The notes under the pieces were generated by a model that saw nothing but the letters and a program-made list of their open reading frames with translations, searched no databases and was not told where the DNA came from. DNA of 64,000 nt from the human T2T-CHM13v2.0 reference genome, Homo sapiens. Below are positions 1 to 10,340 of the stretch, in pieces (position 1 is the stretch's first letter; each line of letters starts with the position of its first letter). Location of the stretch: the NCBI RefSeq assembly GCF_009914755.1, contig NC_060929.1; one strand, given 5' to 3'. Both the position numbers and the translations under genes were made by a program.

Positions 1-2035
1 CATCAAAGTGCTGAGGATTTAAAGCAATCAACTTGTTCAAAATATAAGAGACAGGAATCTACTGGGATTAATGATTACTGGTTTGTTGGGTCAAGAAACA
101 ACCAGATTGGTAAGAAAAGTTCAGCTGGGTGATTGGTGAATTGGTGGAAATTGAGTGTACAAGGGTAAAGGTTAATAAATCCCTTGGAAAAGCAAATAGA
201 GATGGACTTCATGCCCTCCAACAGGCTTTTTCTCCACCAACCCCACTGGATGTTCATAGGAAATTTGGCAGAATAACAGGAAAGTCTCTCACATGGTACA
301 GAATGGAAGTAGAGGAACAGAAATGATAAGAAGTATTTTCTCTGATAATAGTGAAATAAACTGGAAATCCACCATAGAAAAATATGTGAGAAATTCCTAA
401 ATATTTGAAAATCAAGTAACACACTTCTAAATAACCCATTCGTTTAAAAAGAAATGAAAGCACATTTTGAAATGCATAAGGAGGATTATAAAGTACACCA
501 AATGTGTGGGATACAACAAAAATAGGGCTTAATGGGAAATTTTTAGGATTAAATGCTGATGGTAGCAAAAACAAAAGCTTCCCAAATCAATACTCTAAAT
601 TTCAATCTTAATAACTTAGGAAAAAAAGCAAAGTGAATGCAGAAATCAATGAAGTTGAAAACAGTAAAAACAATAAAGAAAATCAAAACTAATGAAACTA
701 AAAACTTATTTGTCAAGGTTAACTGATAAACTTCTATCTAAATGGATGAAGAATAAAAGACATAAGACACAATTAATCAATATGAGCAATGAAAGAGCAG
801 GTATCACTACAGCTTTCACAGATGTTAATAGGAAAATAAGGGGGCATTATGAACAACACTATGACCATAAATTTAACTTACATAAAATAGCCCAAATTGT
901 TGAAAGTCACAAAAAATAGAGCTCATTTAAGAAAAAATATGTAATCTGAATACCCTCATGTCCCTTAAAGAAACTCACTTATAGTTAAACACCTTGTACA
1001 GAGAAAACTCTGCACCCAGAAGTTTTCACTGGCATATTATCAAAAACTGTTAATAAAATCATGCAAACTCTGTTCATCCTTCTCCAGAATATACAAAAGA
1101 GGAAGCACCATAAAACCCATCTTATTAGGTCAGAAGTACCCTAATACCAAAAAGAGACAAAGATATTGTAAGAAAACCACAGACCAATATGATGTGTGAA
1201 CTTAAACAGCAAAATTCTCAAAAATATTAGCAGTTAAAATCAAGCAATATATAGAACAACTGATATATCATGTAAAAGTGGGGTTTGTGTCAGAAGTACG
1301 AGGTTCATTCAACATTCAACACTCAGTCAATACAATTTACTGTATCAATGGACAAAATAAGAAATTTCATATGATCATCATAATAGAGGCAGAAAAAGCC
1401 TTTATCAAAGTTTAACATTACTGCTGATAAAACTTCAGCAAACTAAGACTAGAAAGAACTTCCTTTATTGGATAAATGCATCTACAAAAAGCTATTGCTA
1501 GCATTAAAGTTTTAAAACGTTTTTGCTTGAAAATAATAATTCTATATATTTGGAGGTAAATGTGATGTTTTCATACATGTAAACATTGTGGAATGATATT
1601 GAAAGAGTAAATGTTTTCCTTCTAACATCAGGAATAAGGCAAGGATGTCAGTTCTTAACACACCTACTTACTGTTGTACTGGATGCCATCGTCACTGAAA
1701 TAAGGAAAGAAAAAAGAAACAGAAGAAGTAAGAGGCATAAAGATTAGAAGAATAAAAATGAAACTGACTCTATTAGAAAAAAACATTATTATATATGTAC
1801 ATAATCCAAAAGAATCTAGAAGACTCTATTGGAATTAATAACCGAGTTTAACAGGGTCACATATCAATATTTAAAAAGTCAATTGCTTTCCTATATACCA
1901 GCAATGGACACTTGGAAAAATCACATACATATTATTTACCATGGCATCCAACAAAATAAAGTAATTAGGTATAAATGCAACAAAATATGTACAGGAACTT
2001 TACGTGGAAAATGATAACACACAAATAGAATTTTT
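1..2035 (+). mobile_element. Ancient L1M fragment: probable 5' region (1-~310) joined to degenerate ORF2 (EN end to RT, ~315-2035)
   Basis: A-rich sequence resembling L1 ORF2 (e.g. aacacacttctaaataaccca, atgatcatcataatagaggcagaaaaagcct, ggaataaggcaaggatg); many stops. The first 310 bp resemble an L1M4/L1ME-type 5' region (lower certainty). Confidence 0.8.
1520..1597 (-). mobile_element. Short L1MA/L1PB-type 3'-end fragment inserted antisense in the older L1M
   Basis: ataataattctatatatttggaggtaaatgtgatgttttcatacatgtaaacattgtggaatga resembles the reverse complement of the L1MA 3' terminus; L1M ORF2 resumes afterwards. Confidence 0.6.
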
Positions 2036-2919
2036 TTTAAGGTGATATTTTTGTAGTCCCAAATAAAGTATTGGAGCTGAGGGATTTACTTGGTTTTACT
2101 GTGTAGTTTCAATTTAGACTCTTAGAAGTTAAGATTGACTTCAAATTACCCTGAAATCAGAAATGTTCAGTCTTTGTTCTTTGTCACCCACTATCATCTG
2201 TTCCACTATTGAACAACTCTATATTCAAGAAACCACTGTGACAACACATCTCTGCTGTTTTGTTGTTGTTGTTGTTGTTTTCGTTTCTTCTCTCTGCTTT
2301 ACTTCTCTTCTTTCTCTTCTACTATAGGGCCTTGCCATGTGAATCTTAACTGTATGTTAATTCTCTGGTCTAGTAAGTCATCACCAATTCAGCAAGAGTG
2401 TTATTTGTCCCTGCCTGAACTATACAATTGGTGTTTAACTAAAGCCTTTTTTTCCTTTAGGTTTTATTTCTTTGCCATTGTGTGCCTGTTCTGAAACCAT
2501 CTCTTGCTGACAAAAGTATTTTCCTGTCTATTCTGGATCCAAAATTATCCCCAGAGTACAAAAACCTGGCTTCTGCTCAATCGAAGCTTTCCCGCTTTAG
2601 GCTAGATAATCCTCTCTATTTTCTCTCTCTGAACCTTGACCAATTAATATCCTGATTTCAGCATTTTCATGTGTTTAATTTTTTTTCCAATTGCATATAT
2701 AGGAGTGAATCTGGAATTCATCGTGCTCATTACTAAACACTATAAATATACTGAATGCATTGTCTGCTTCTATTACCTATAATTTAAAGAAAATTTTTAT
2801 CAACAGAATAACTGGAGTCTAAAGTTGTGGGCAAGAGCAATGCCTATTGAGTTAGATGTTTAATTAGGAAAAATTGGTTGTTTGCAAGTTTGTGTTTCTT
2901 CCTATAAATATTACCAGCA

Positions 2920-3300
2920 TAAAATGAAGAACTAGAAAGCCATTTGCCCTACCAAATATTTAAATATATTTTCAATAATTAATATGATGTGGTATTAGTG
3001 CAAAAATAAAGATTGATATAAAGCATAGCCTTATAAGAGATCATAGTATATATAAAATCTTAATATGTAATAAAGGAGGCATTATAAGTCTTTTAGAAAA
3101 GATTGATTGATTCAATACATAGTGTTATGATGGAAAAATTAATCAGCTTTTGTTGGTGGGGTGTCAATTAAAACTGTCACATATTCAACATACAAAGATA
3201 TATACCAGGTGGAATTAAAGGGTAATGTGGGAAATAAAGTGTAGAAAAAAAAGAAGAAAATTTGACCTTTATTTAAGCAGCAAAAGATTTTATAATATCA
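2920..3300 (+). mobile_element. Highly decayed L1M ORF2 3' fragment
   Basis: gtggtattagtgcaaaaataaa...taataaaggaggcatt...gattgattcaatac resembles the L1 WYW...KDGLFNKW-coding region. Confidence 0.5.
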
Positions 3301-3567
3301 ACTTTGAATCAGATACAAATAAAGAGCTCACAAAATTGAAGAATCCTCACAGTACCTAGGGTTATGGCCTCATCTACTTGGATAGCCACAGAAATCCACT
3401 GGAAAGGTAGAAAGTCATGAAATATGGGTCCTTATTTGGCTAGATCAAGGGAAGAGAACAGGAAAACATGGAGGTACAGTAAATGAAGGCTGAAAGAAAA
3501 GTAATCTGTCTAAACAGAGTTCCTTTACTACAGTTGTGTTTTAACGTTCTTAAAAATTAAAAAAGCA

Positions 3568-3643
3568 GGCCAGGCGCGGTGGCTCACGCCTGTAATCCCA
3601 GCACTTTGGGAGGCCAAGGTGGGCAGATCAGGGGGTCAGGAGA
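3568..3643 (+). mobile_element. Alu 5' fragment (first ~76 nt only, 3' part lost)
   Basis: ggccaggcgcggtggctcacgcctgtaatcccagcactttgggaggccaagg...tcaggaga, then an abrupt switch to unique sequence; no tail or TSD. Confidence 0.93.
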
Positions 3644-4038
3644 CTCTTTCATCTAAGGAGGCCAAAATGAATCCTTACTCCAGTTTTCTGAAGTACGGTG
3701 GGGATTAACTTATTTTTTTTTTTATTTTTCGGAAGAAATAGGTATGTTTATTGCAGTTGGGAGGAAATTAAGATAAATAGAAATATTTGGAATGCTGTGT
3801 GTTTCTAGGGGGAAATGGGATGTAGTGAATTGGAAATTGAAGAAAATACTTCAGGTATAAGGTGTTCATGTGAAGCCATATGAAAATAGCTTCTTTGGTG
3901 ATATAATTAAGACATAAAAATCCTATTGAACTAGATCAGTCACATTTTTGGACCAATTGAAACAGAATTTTGTGACTGGCAAAATATTAGCATCTTGAGC
4001 TAAGACCAGTAGTGTATAGTTCAGTGAGTTACGTAAAA

Positions 4039-4421
4039 CAGGGTTCCCCAACCCTCATGTTGCAGACCAGTACTGATCCATGACCTGTTAGGAGCCTGGC
4101 CACACAGCAGGATGTGAGCGGAGGGCCAGGAGTATTACTGTCTGAGCTCTGCCTCCTGTTAGATCAGATTAGATTCTCATAGGAGCGCAAGCTCATTGTG
4201 AACTGCACCTGCGAAGGATCTAAACTGTGTGCTCCTTATGAGAATCTAAAGCCTGATGATCTGAGGTGGAACAGTTGCATCCCCCAAAACCATCTCTTCA
4301 CTCCTTTGATCTGAGGTGGAACAGTTGCATCCCCCAAAACCATCTCTTCACTCCTTTGATCTGTGGCAAAGTTGTCTTCCACAAATCTGGTCCCTGGTGC
4401 CAAAAAGTTTGGGGACAACCA
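4039..4421. mobile_element. MER1B (hAT-Charlie non-autonomous DNA transposon) containing a 50-bp tandem duplication
   Basis: Termini cagggttccccaacc ... gtttggggacaacca; internal ttagattctcataggagcgca / gctccttatgagaatctaa; degenerate 8-bp TSD acgtaaaa/atgtaaag. Confidence 0.9.
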
Positions 4422-4537
4422 ATGTAAAGTGAACACCACCTCTGTCAAGAAATGGAGCATTTCCAACACACTGGAACCCCATCCTGTATTCTTCCATTAA
4501 TTTGCCCTCTCTCCAAGGTAGCCACTATAATGGTGCC
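4422..4537 (-). mobile_element. L1ME-type 3' end, first half (also ~4010-4038 before MER1B); continues in opposite orientation at 5190-5461
   Basis: aacaccacctctgtcaagaaatggagcatttccaacac...aaggtagccactat matches the antisense L1ME 3' UTR pattern. Confidence 0.7.
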
Positions 4538-4984
4538 TACTGTACAGCAAGAATTAAACAATTTGATCAAAACACACAATCTCATTCTCACCAGGGGCAT
4601 TCTATTTCATTCATATACAGAAAAGAAGAGACATCATGCCATAAGTACATGATCTCACTTTTCAGAAATATAAAACACAAAGCGTTGCAGGAAGTATGAG
4701 AGATGAGTTCCGTTTTGTATTTTGGAAACTTCATGTCTAGAATACTGAATAAAGGGAAGAAAACAGAAAGCCAGGGGACATCTGTAAGAGCAGCACAGTT
4801 GGGCAGAACGACCAATGAAATGGAAGGGAATGAAAATCTATGTACGTTAGCTGTGCTAAGTGCTTTAAATACATCACTTCCAGTGATATTACTTTTAAAA
4901 ACCACCAAGTGTAAGCACAACTGAAATTAAAATATACAAATGGAAAAACCCTACAGACCAAGATCTTTCAGAAAGACAGCATAC

Positions 4985-5140
4985 CTGTAACTGCTGAAAT
5001 ACCCCTGATCGTAAGTTTCCAAATCCACAGTGGCACTGCAGATTCAAAGCACTTTCTGATACCGCTTCATAGGGGTGTCTGCTCAATTTCCCAGTCAAAC
5101 TCTTCATGGTCAACTACTTCCTCAGGAATCTCAGAAGCAC
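4985..5140 (-). pseudogene. SHQ1: SHQ1 coding exon copy (H/ACA RNP assembly factor, residues ~111-162), frameshifted
   Basis: Translates (G)[22 protein letters not shown]/+1/[29 protein letters not shown] versus recalled human SHQ1 [52 protein letters not shown]. Flanked by cattcag| acceptor and CAG|gtatg donor; extra base in the G-run at 5072-5075. Confidence 0.93.
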
Positions 5141-5189
5141 CTGAATGTGCTAAATATTATTTTTTTAAGTATGGGATTTCCCAGGTACA

Positions 5190-5461
5190 ACTAGGGGAAG
5201 AAAAAAGTATAGGAAAGAATGTCCACACAGATGTACCAAAAGACATATACAAGAATATTTATAGCTCCCCTATTCGTGATAGCAAAAAAAAAAAAGAAAG
5301 AAATAAAAATGTGGTATATTCATACAACTGAATATTACATAGCAATGAAAGCAAATGAATCTCAGCTACAATGTGAATAAATCTCACAAAAATAATGTTA
5401 AGTGAAAGAAGCCAGACAAAAAGAAATATACTGTATGACTTATATATGCAATGCAAAAACA
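5190..5461 (+). mobile_element. L1ME-type 3' end, second half (inverted relative to 4422-4537)
   Basis: accaaaagacatatacaagaatatttatagc...ataaatctcacaaaaataatgttaagtgaaagaagccagacaaaaag...tactgtatgact. Confidence 0.8.
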
Positions 5462-5724
5462 GGATTAATTTATTTTTAAAGTTCTGTTAGAAGCTGCCCC
5501 AGTCCAATAAAATCCTTGCTATGATTGGCATCGGCATCTTTCATCAAAATGCTAAAATCCTCCTCACAGGCAGTCACTGTTTTACCCTCAATGCAAGACA
5601 CTGATTGTGAATCAATTAGATGAGTTTTGCCTGGGTCCTGAGGTAGGTAGAGCATTAACCATGGCTGGAAGTTTACAGATAAGGTTGAAAGCAATGCTTT
5701 AGTGAACTAAAATGGTTGAACATA

Positions 5725-5925
5725 TGGACTTGGAATTTGTTAAGAACTTCGAGCTGTGTGACCTTGGGCAGATTAGTCTCTCTGTGCCTCAATTTTCTCA
5801 TTGGCAAAATGTTAATAAATAAGGATTATTGTGAAAATGAACTGAATACACACACAAACACACATATATACACACATGCACTTAGATACTTAGAAGAGAA
5901 TCTGTTACAAATATTAGGCTCTCAT
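5725..5925 (+). mobile_element. MIR SINE
   Basis: MIR core gctgtgtgaccttgggcagattagtctctctgtgcctcaattttctcattggcaaaatg. Confidence 0.75.
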
Positions 5926-6384
5926 AATGTAGTTTATCAAAATTATTACTGGATAGGAAAAAAGAGTATGAATAGGAATCAGAAATATCTACAATATCCC
6001 CCAGAGCTTTAATATTTCAGTTTTTACCTCATTTTAATATAAAGCTATCCATTTAAATTCAGTTTGATATAAATAACTGCATCCTATTATGGATATAAAC
6101 ACAAAAATAAATATAAATACAACTATATTAAGGAAATTGAACCCTCCAAAACTTTTGAGCTACTTATTACGATTTGGGCCACATATTCTGCCCTATTATA
6201 ATAAAACTTTGGTATTGGTAATTGAGAGAGAATTTTCTCTAAGCCAGATATTGTATCAAAGGCTTTAATTCTATATTATCACTAAATCTTTATAAAATCC
6301 ACCTTGTACATAATTTATTCTTATAATTTAAATGGACACTTTTCATGTAGAACTTTAAAATTTCATTTTCTTTTGTTATAATAA

Positions 6385-6500
6385 CAACTCAAGAAGTAGC
6401 TTTCACCATCCCTATTTAGAGATGAGTTAAGTGACTAGGCCAAAATTAGAAAGTAAGTTAGCCAAACTGGGATTCAACCCCAGTCTCTTGTTTTATGACT
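6385..6500 (-). mobile_element. MIR fragment
   Basis: atccctatttagagatgag...ttaagtgact...ctgggattcaaccccagtct. Confidence 0.6.
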
Positions 6501-7082
6501 TTCTGCATTCTACTTCTCCACATCACATCATCATCAAAGTTATTTTCCCTCACTTAGGGAATAGAGCCTTGTCTATCATGGGACAGACATGGGATCTCCT
6601 GACTTATGAAGGTTTCTGTACATGACAGAGCCTAGAGAAATAGTCTATGCTGAAAGTTTTTATTTTCATTCAGTGGAATGGAGGGTATCCTTGCAATGGG
6701 ACAGAGCTGACCAAAAGGTCAATTCAGGCAGGGGAAGCAGTCTGTTTTCCAATCTGTTTTTCTAAGCTGGTGGGTGCAGTACAGACTCCAGGAAGTAAGA
6801 CGAAGATGTATTGGGATAGAGAGAGTGGTCAGGATTTAGAGTAGAGAAGGGCTTCAGCATTGCCTGGCTCAGCATTGCCACTCACATAGTAGTTTATCCA
6901 TCTGGATCTGTGCAATGTGTAACTTATGAGAGCATATGTGATCATCCTGAAACAGAGGTTCTTCCAGAACTACTTATGGTCTGCAGAAAAATGCTCCTGG
7001 TTGAGGCAGCGACAGAGTCTCTGGGATTGTTTCACTGACTTGTCCAGAGTCGTGTAACAAGGGATTTGAACAAAAAATACTA

Positions 7083-7295
7083 ATAGCAAACATTTGTATT
7101 ATGTTTATGACTTGCTGGGCACTGTTCTAAGAAATGTATACTTCTGAACTATTTAAACTTAATGAAAGTTTTGTGAGTAAAATATCACTTTATTATGATT
7201 TTAAAGATAGAGCAATTGAGATATATAGAGGTTTAAGCACCTGTGGAATTTGAACTCAGGCCCTCCAGCTCCAGAGTCTCTGTGCTTAACCACTC
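7083..7295 (-). mobile_element. MIR SINE
   Basis: atagcaaacatttgtat...gggcactgttctaag...attttaaagatagagcaattgag...ggaatttgaactcagg...ctccagagtc...gcttaaccact. Confidence 0.75.
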
Positions 7296-7382
7296 CATAA
7301 TCTTGCCTTGCTAGAGTAGCACACTAGATGTAATTTCTAATATGTGTTCTCTATATTCATAAGAGACGATCCCTAATTTTTC

Positions 7383-7492
7383 TTTCTCATATATATATAT
7401 AAAATATATATATATGAGAAATACATACGACATATATGTGAGAAATACATATTACATATATATGAGAAATATATATATATATATATATATAT
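7383..7492. repeat. (TA)n compound repeat with a palindrome and three ~24-bp atatatgagaaa units
   Basis: Directly visible. Confidence 0.9.
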
Positions 7493-8489
7493 TTAGAATT
7501 AACTTTGTAAGATATTTAGAAAATGTTCCCTCTCTTTCTAATTCTGCATCAGTTTGCTCAAAAGCTACCTTCAATGTTTGGATGTATTCACTAGCCAAAC
7601 AATGTATATCTTTGCCATTTTCTTCTTTAAGATTTAGTTTAGATTTTTAAGTAACAGATTAAGTATCTTTAATATCTGTTAATTATTCAGGTTTTTTCTC
7701 CTTCTTTTCAAGTATCTCCTAAACTGATACTTCAAGGCATTCATCCATTTTGAAAATCATCAAATGATTTTTATGCCATTTTCTTCCCAGTCTGCCATTT
7801 TTGCCGTAAGTATATTCGACCCGCCATAAAGGGAAGAGACTTCACCTCAGTTTCAGGGTGTGAAGTAGGAGTAGAAGTGCTGCTTCTGTGAAGGATGTAG
7901 AAATAAGAGGTTTATCTCCAGATATCCCTGAAAACTACCATTATGCAACTCCTTCAACTAGGGAGAAAGGTAAGAAACTATAGAGAGAAACAGTTTCCAC
8001 TACATATCAAAATGTCACATTTCAAGGTATAAGAATGGATTAAGCAATAAGCACTAACACTCCCCCAGATATATTTGGTCCAAACCCAGTGATTCTACAT
8101 GCTTAATAATATTCTCAAATTGTAATTTGGTGGGACAAATATTCAAGCCTCATAAACCTTGATTGTCTCCATTTGCCAGTGAGCTTTACTGCATGCACAA
8201 GGAGGCCACTTACAGCAGCAGAGCAGGTACGCAGCTAATTACACCTATAAGTCACTAATGAGAACACTGAGTTCAGGAGCACAGACATGGTATGAAGTCC
8301 TGTTTAAAACTAAGCATTTGCTCTGATAGCTGTGACTTCACCTGGCTCAGTGGCAAAGTGATGTGCCTGGCTGAAGACAAAACTGCCTGACTATAATTTA
8401 ACATAATGTCTTCTTGAGCGACTCAAAGAGTTTATTGTTTTATGTTGCTTTTTCTTTGATTTTTATGTCAACAAAGTAAAATAGTGCTT

Positions 8490-10340
8490 GATTTAATATA
8501 AGTACAAAAATGGGAAAAACTAATCTAACCTGTTAGAAGGCGGAATAATGATCATTCACTGGAAGCACAAGGGGGCTTCTGCAGAGCTGGTTATGTTCAG
8601 GCTCTTAATCTGATTCCTGGTTCCATGCCTATGTTCAGTTTATGAAAATTTATCAAGCGGTATACTGATGAAATATTTACATATCTGTGTATATTTCAAA
8701 TATATTCTAAGAAAAAATAAAATTGCATTTCTCACTACAAAGAGGTGAATGAGTAAATTCAGGTTAAAATACACTAATGCCTTGCTAATAATGAAATTAC
8801 CTGTTCAATAATTTTCTATTGGTGACAGTGGTACTACTGCAACTCAGTAAAATAAATAAGCAAGGACCCAGTCACTTGAACCACATAGTGAATGACATAT
8901 TTAATATTCAAGCAAAATAATTTTTAAATGAAGTGAATTTGAATAGAAATGTAACTTTTTAAGAAATGTAAGGAAAAAGGTTCACCTCACCAGAAATTTT
9001 AAATGCAAATTAAAAGATATAAACCTATTAAATATTTTACTCATATCATATTTTACTAATATCTTTTAAAGCTTTATTAATTTTTAATAAATTTAATGAT
9101 ATTTTAATTTTTCATAAATCTTTAAAATACATTAGTAAAATATGTAATGATCATAAAAGCGCATTGAACCTGAAAATTCTTATGTAGGCCAGGTGGGAGT
9201 TTAAATTAGTACAATTTTTAGTTTTTGTAAAATGAAAACAAAACACAATGACACTAGGTATTAAGTTCCTTAAAAATCTCCATACCATATAACAATCCCA
9301 AATAAAATGTTAGAACCATATGCAGTTGCATATTAAAGGCAATGCATCATGGCTAGATAATACTGATGTATTCAGTCTGTGCTATGAGAATTTGCAGAAA
9401 ATCTATAAAATTTCTTCAGCACTTTATTGGTAAGAGTTTTTGAAATTATCATCTTAATAGATGCTCAGAAACTACCACATAAATTTGAATATTCCAGATT
9501 ATTAAAAAACTAAGAATAGAAATATATTCTTTTAATAGTATTAGAAAATATACCTTATGTGAAACCAAGAAAAAAATATTTAATGATGAAATACTACGGA
9601 TGTGTTCTAGATACTGCTAAGTGTCTCCTTGTCGATTCTGCCTTTTTCTTTTAGTTATAAGATTCACACAGTTTAGTTACATAAGAAAAGAAAATAAATT
9701 AGTATTATATATACTATAATTGCAGAACTTAAAATCAACAGAATAACTGAGAACTATTACATTACTATAAGACCTATTACCATGAGAACTATTAAAACAA
9801 TTTAATGAGATATGCTGTTACTAATAGGACTTTATATTGGAATAGGTATATTTCTTATAGATCAATCACTGTAATTTTAAAAAGCAATAAATAGGAAAAT
9901 AAAATTAAATACCTAGGAAACTAAATACAATACCTGAATGAGGAAAGGCATAAAATCTTATTTAGGAATACAAAGTTGAATAAGATAGCGTATGCTCCTG
10001 AGTAAAATGGCTAAATAATGCAAATATGTCAATTATTTATAAACATTAAGTTGATTTTCATCCTTATTCCATTTAAATTTCATCAATTAAAATTCCAATA
10101 GATTTTTAATCCACAAAAATATTCCTAAGTTAATGTGAAAAAATAAACAGAAAAAATCCCCTAAACATTTTTGAAAAGGGAAGAAATGAAGGAGGTAATT
10201 CCCTTCCAAATATTAAATTGCAAACGTAAGCAATGCTCAGTGATACTGACACAGGAATAGACTGGCAAAGCAGAAGAATCAAATAGAAAGTCTTGAAGTA
10301 GATAAAAGTCTCACGAACCCTGGGATCATTTAATATGTAT
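8490..10340 (+). mobile_element. Cluster of decayed L1M/L1ME fragments
   Basis: L1ME 3' end (gcacaagggggcttctgcagagctgg, ~8490-8715) and ORF2-like pieces (aaatacctaggaaactaaat, aaaattccaatagattttt, aatcaaatagaaagtcttgaagtaga); interrupted by non-L1 sequence. Confidence 0.55.

Larger units (their letters stand above)
3702..5477 (-). pseudogene. SHQ1: Retrotransposed unspliced antisense fragment of SHQ1 (end of exon 3, intron 3, exon 4, start of intron 4) with internal inversion
   Basis: TSD ggattaa(c/t)ttattttt at 3702-3717 and 5462-5477; poly(T) 3713-3729; tttatt (AATAAA on -) 3747-3752; GGAAGAAATAG|gtatg donor at 3731-3746 (+); SHQ1 exon on - at 4985-5140; inversion junction ~4538. Confidence 0.85.

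Noticed and set aside
129-326. 65-aa ORF in moderately GC-rich sequence at the window start
   Set aside because: No recognisable protein; the nucleotide sequence resembles an old L1M 5' region.
5476-5694. 72-aa minus-strand ORF next to the SHQ1 exon, considered as a further SHQ1 exon
   Set aside because: Does not match SHQ1 as recalled and lies outside the TSD; no supported start or splice context.
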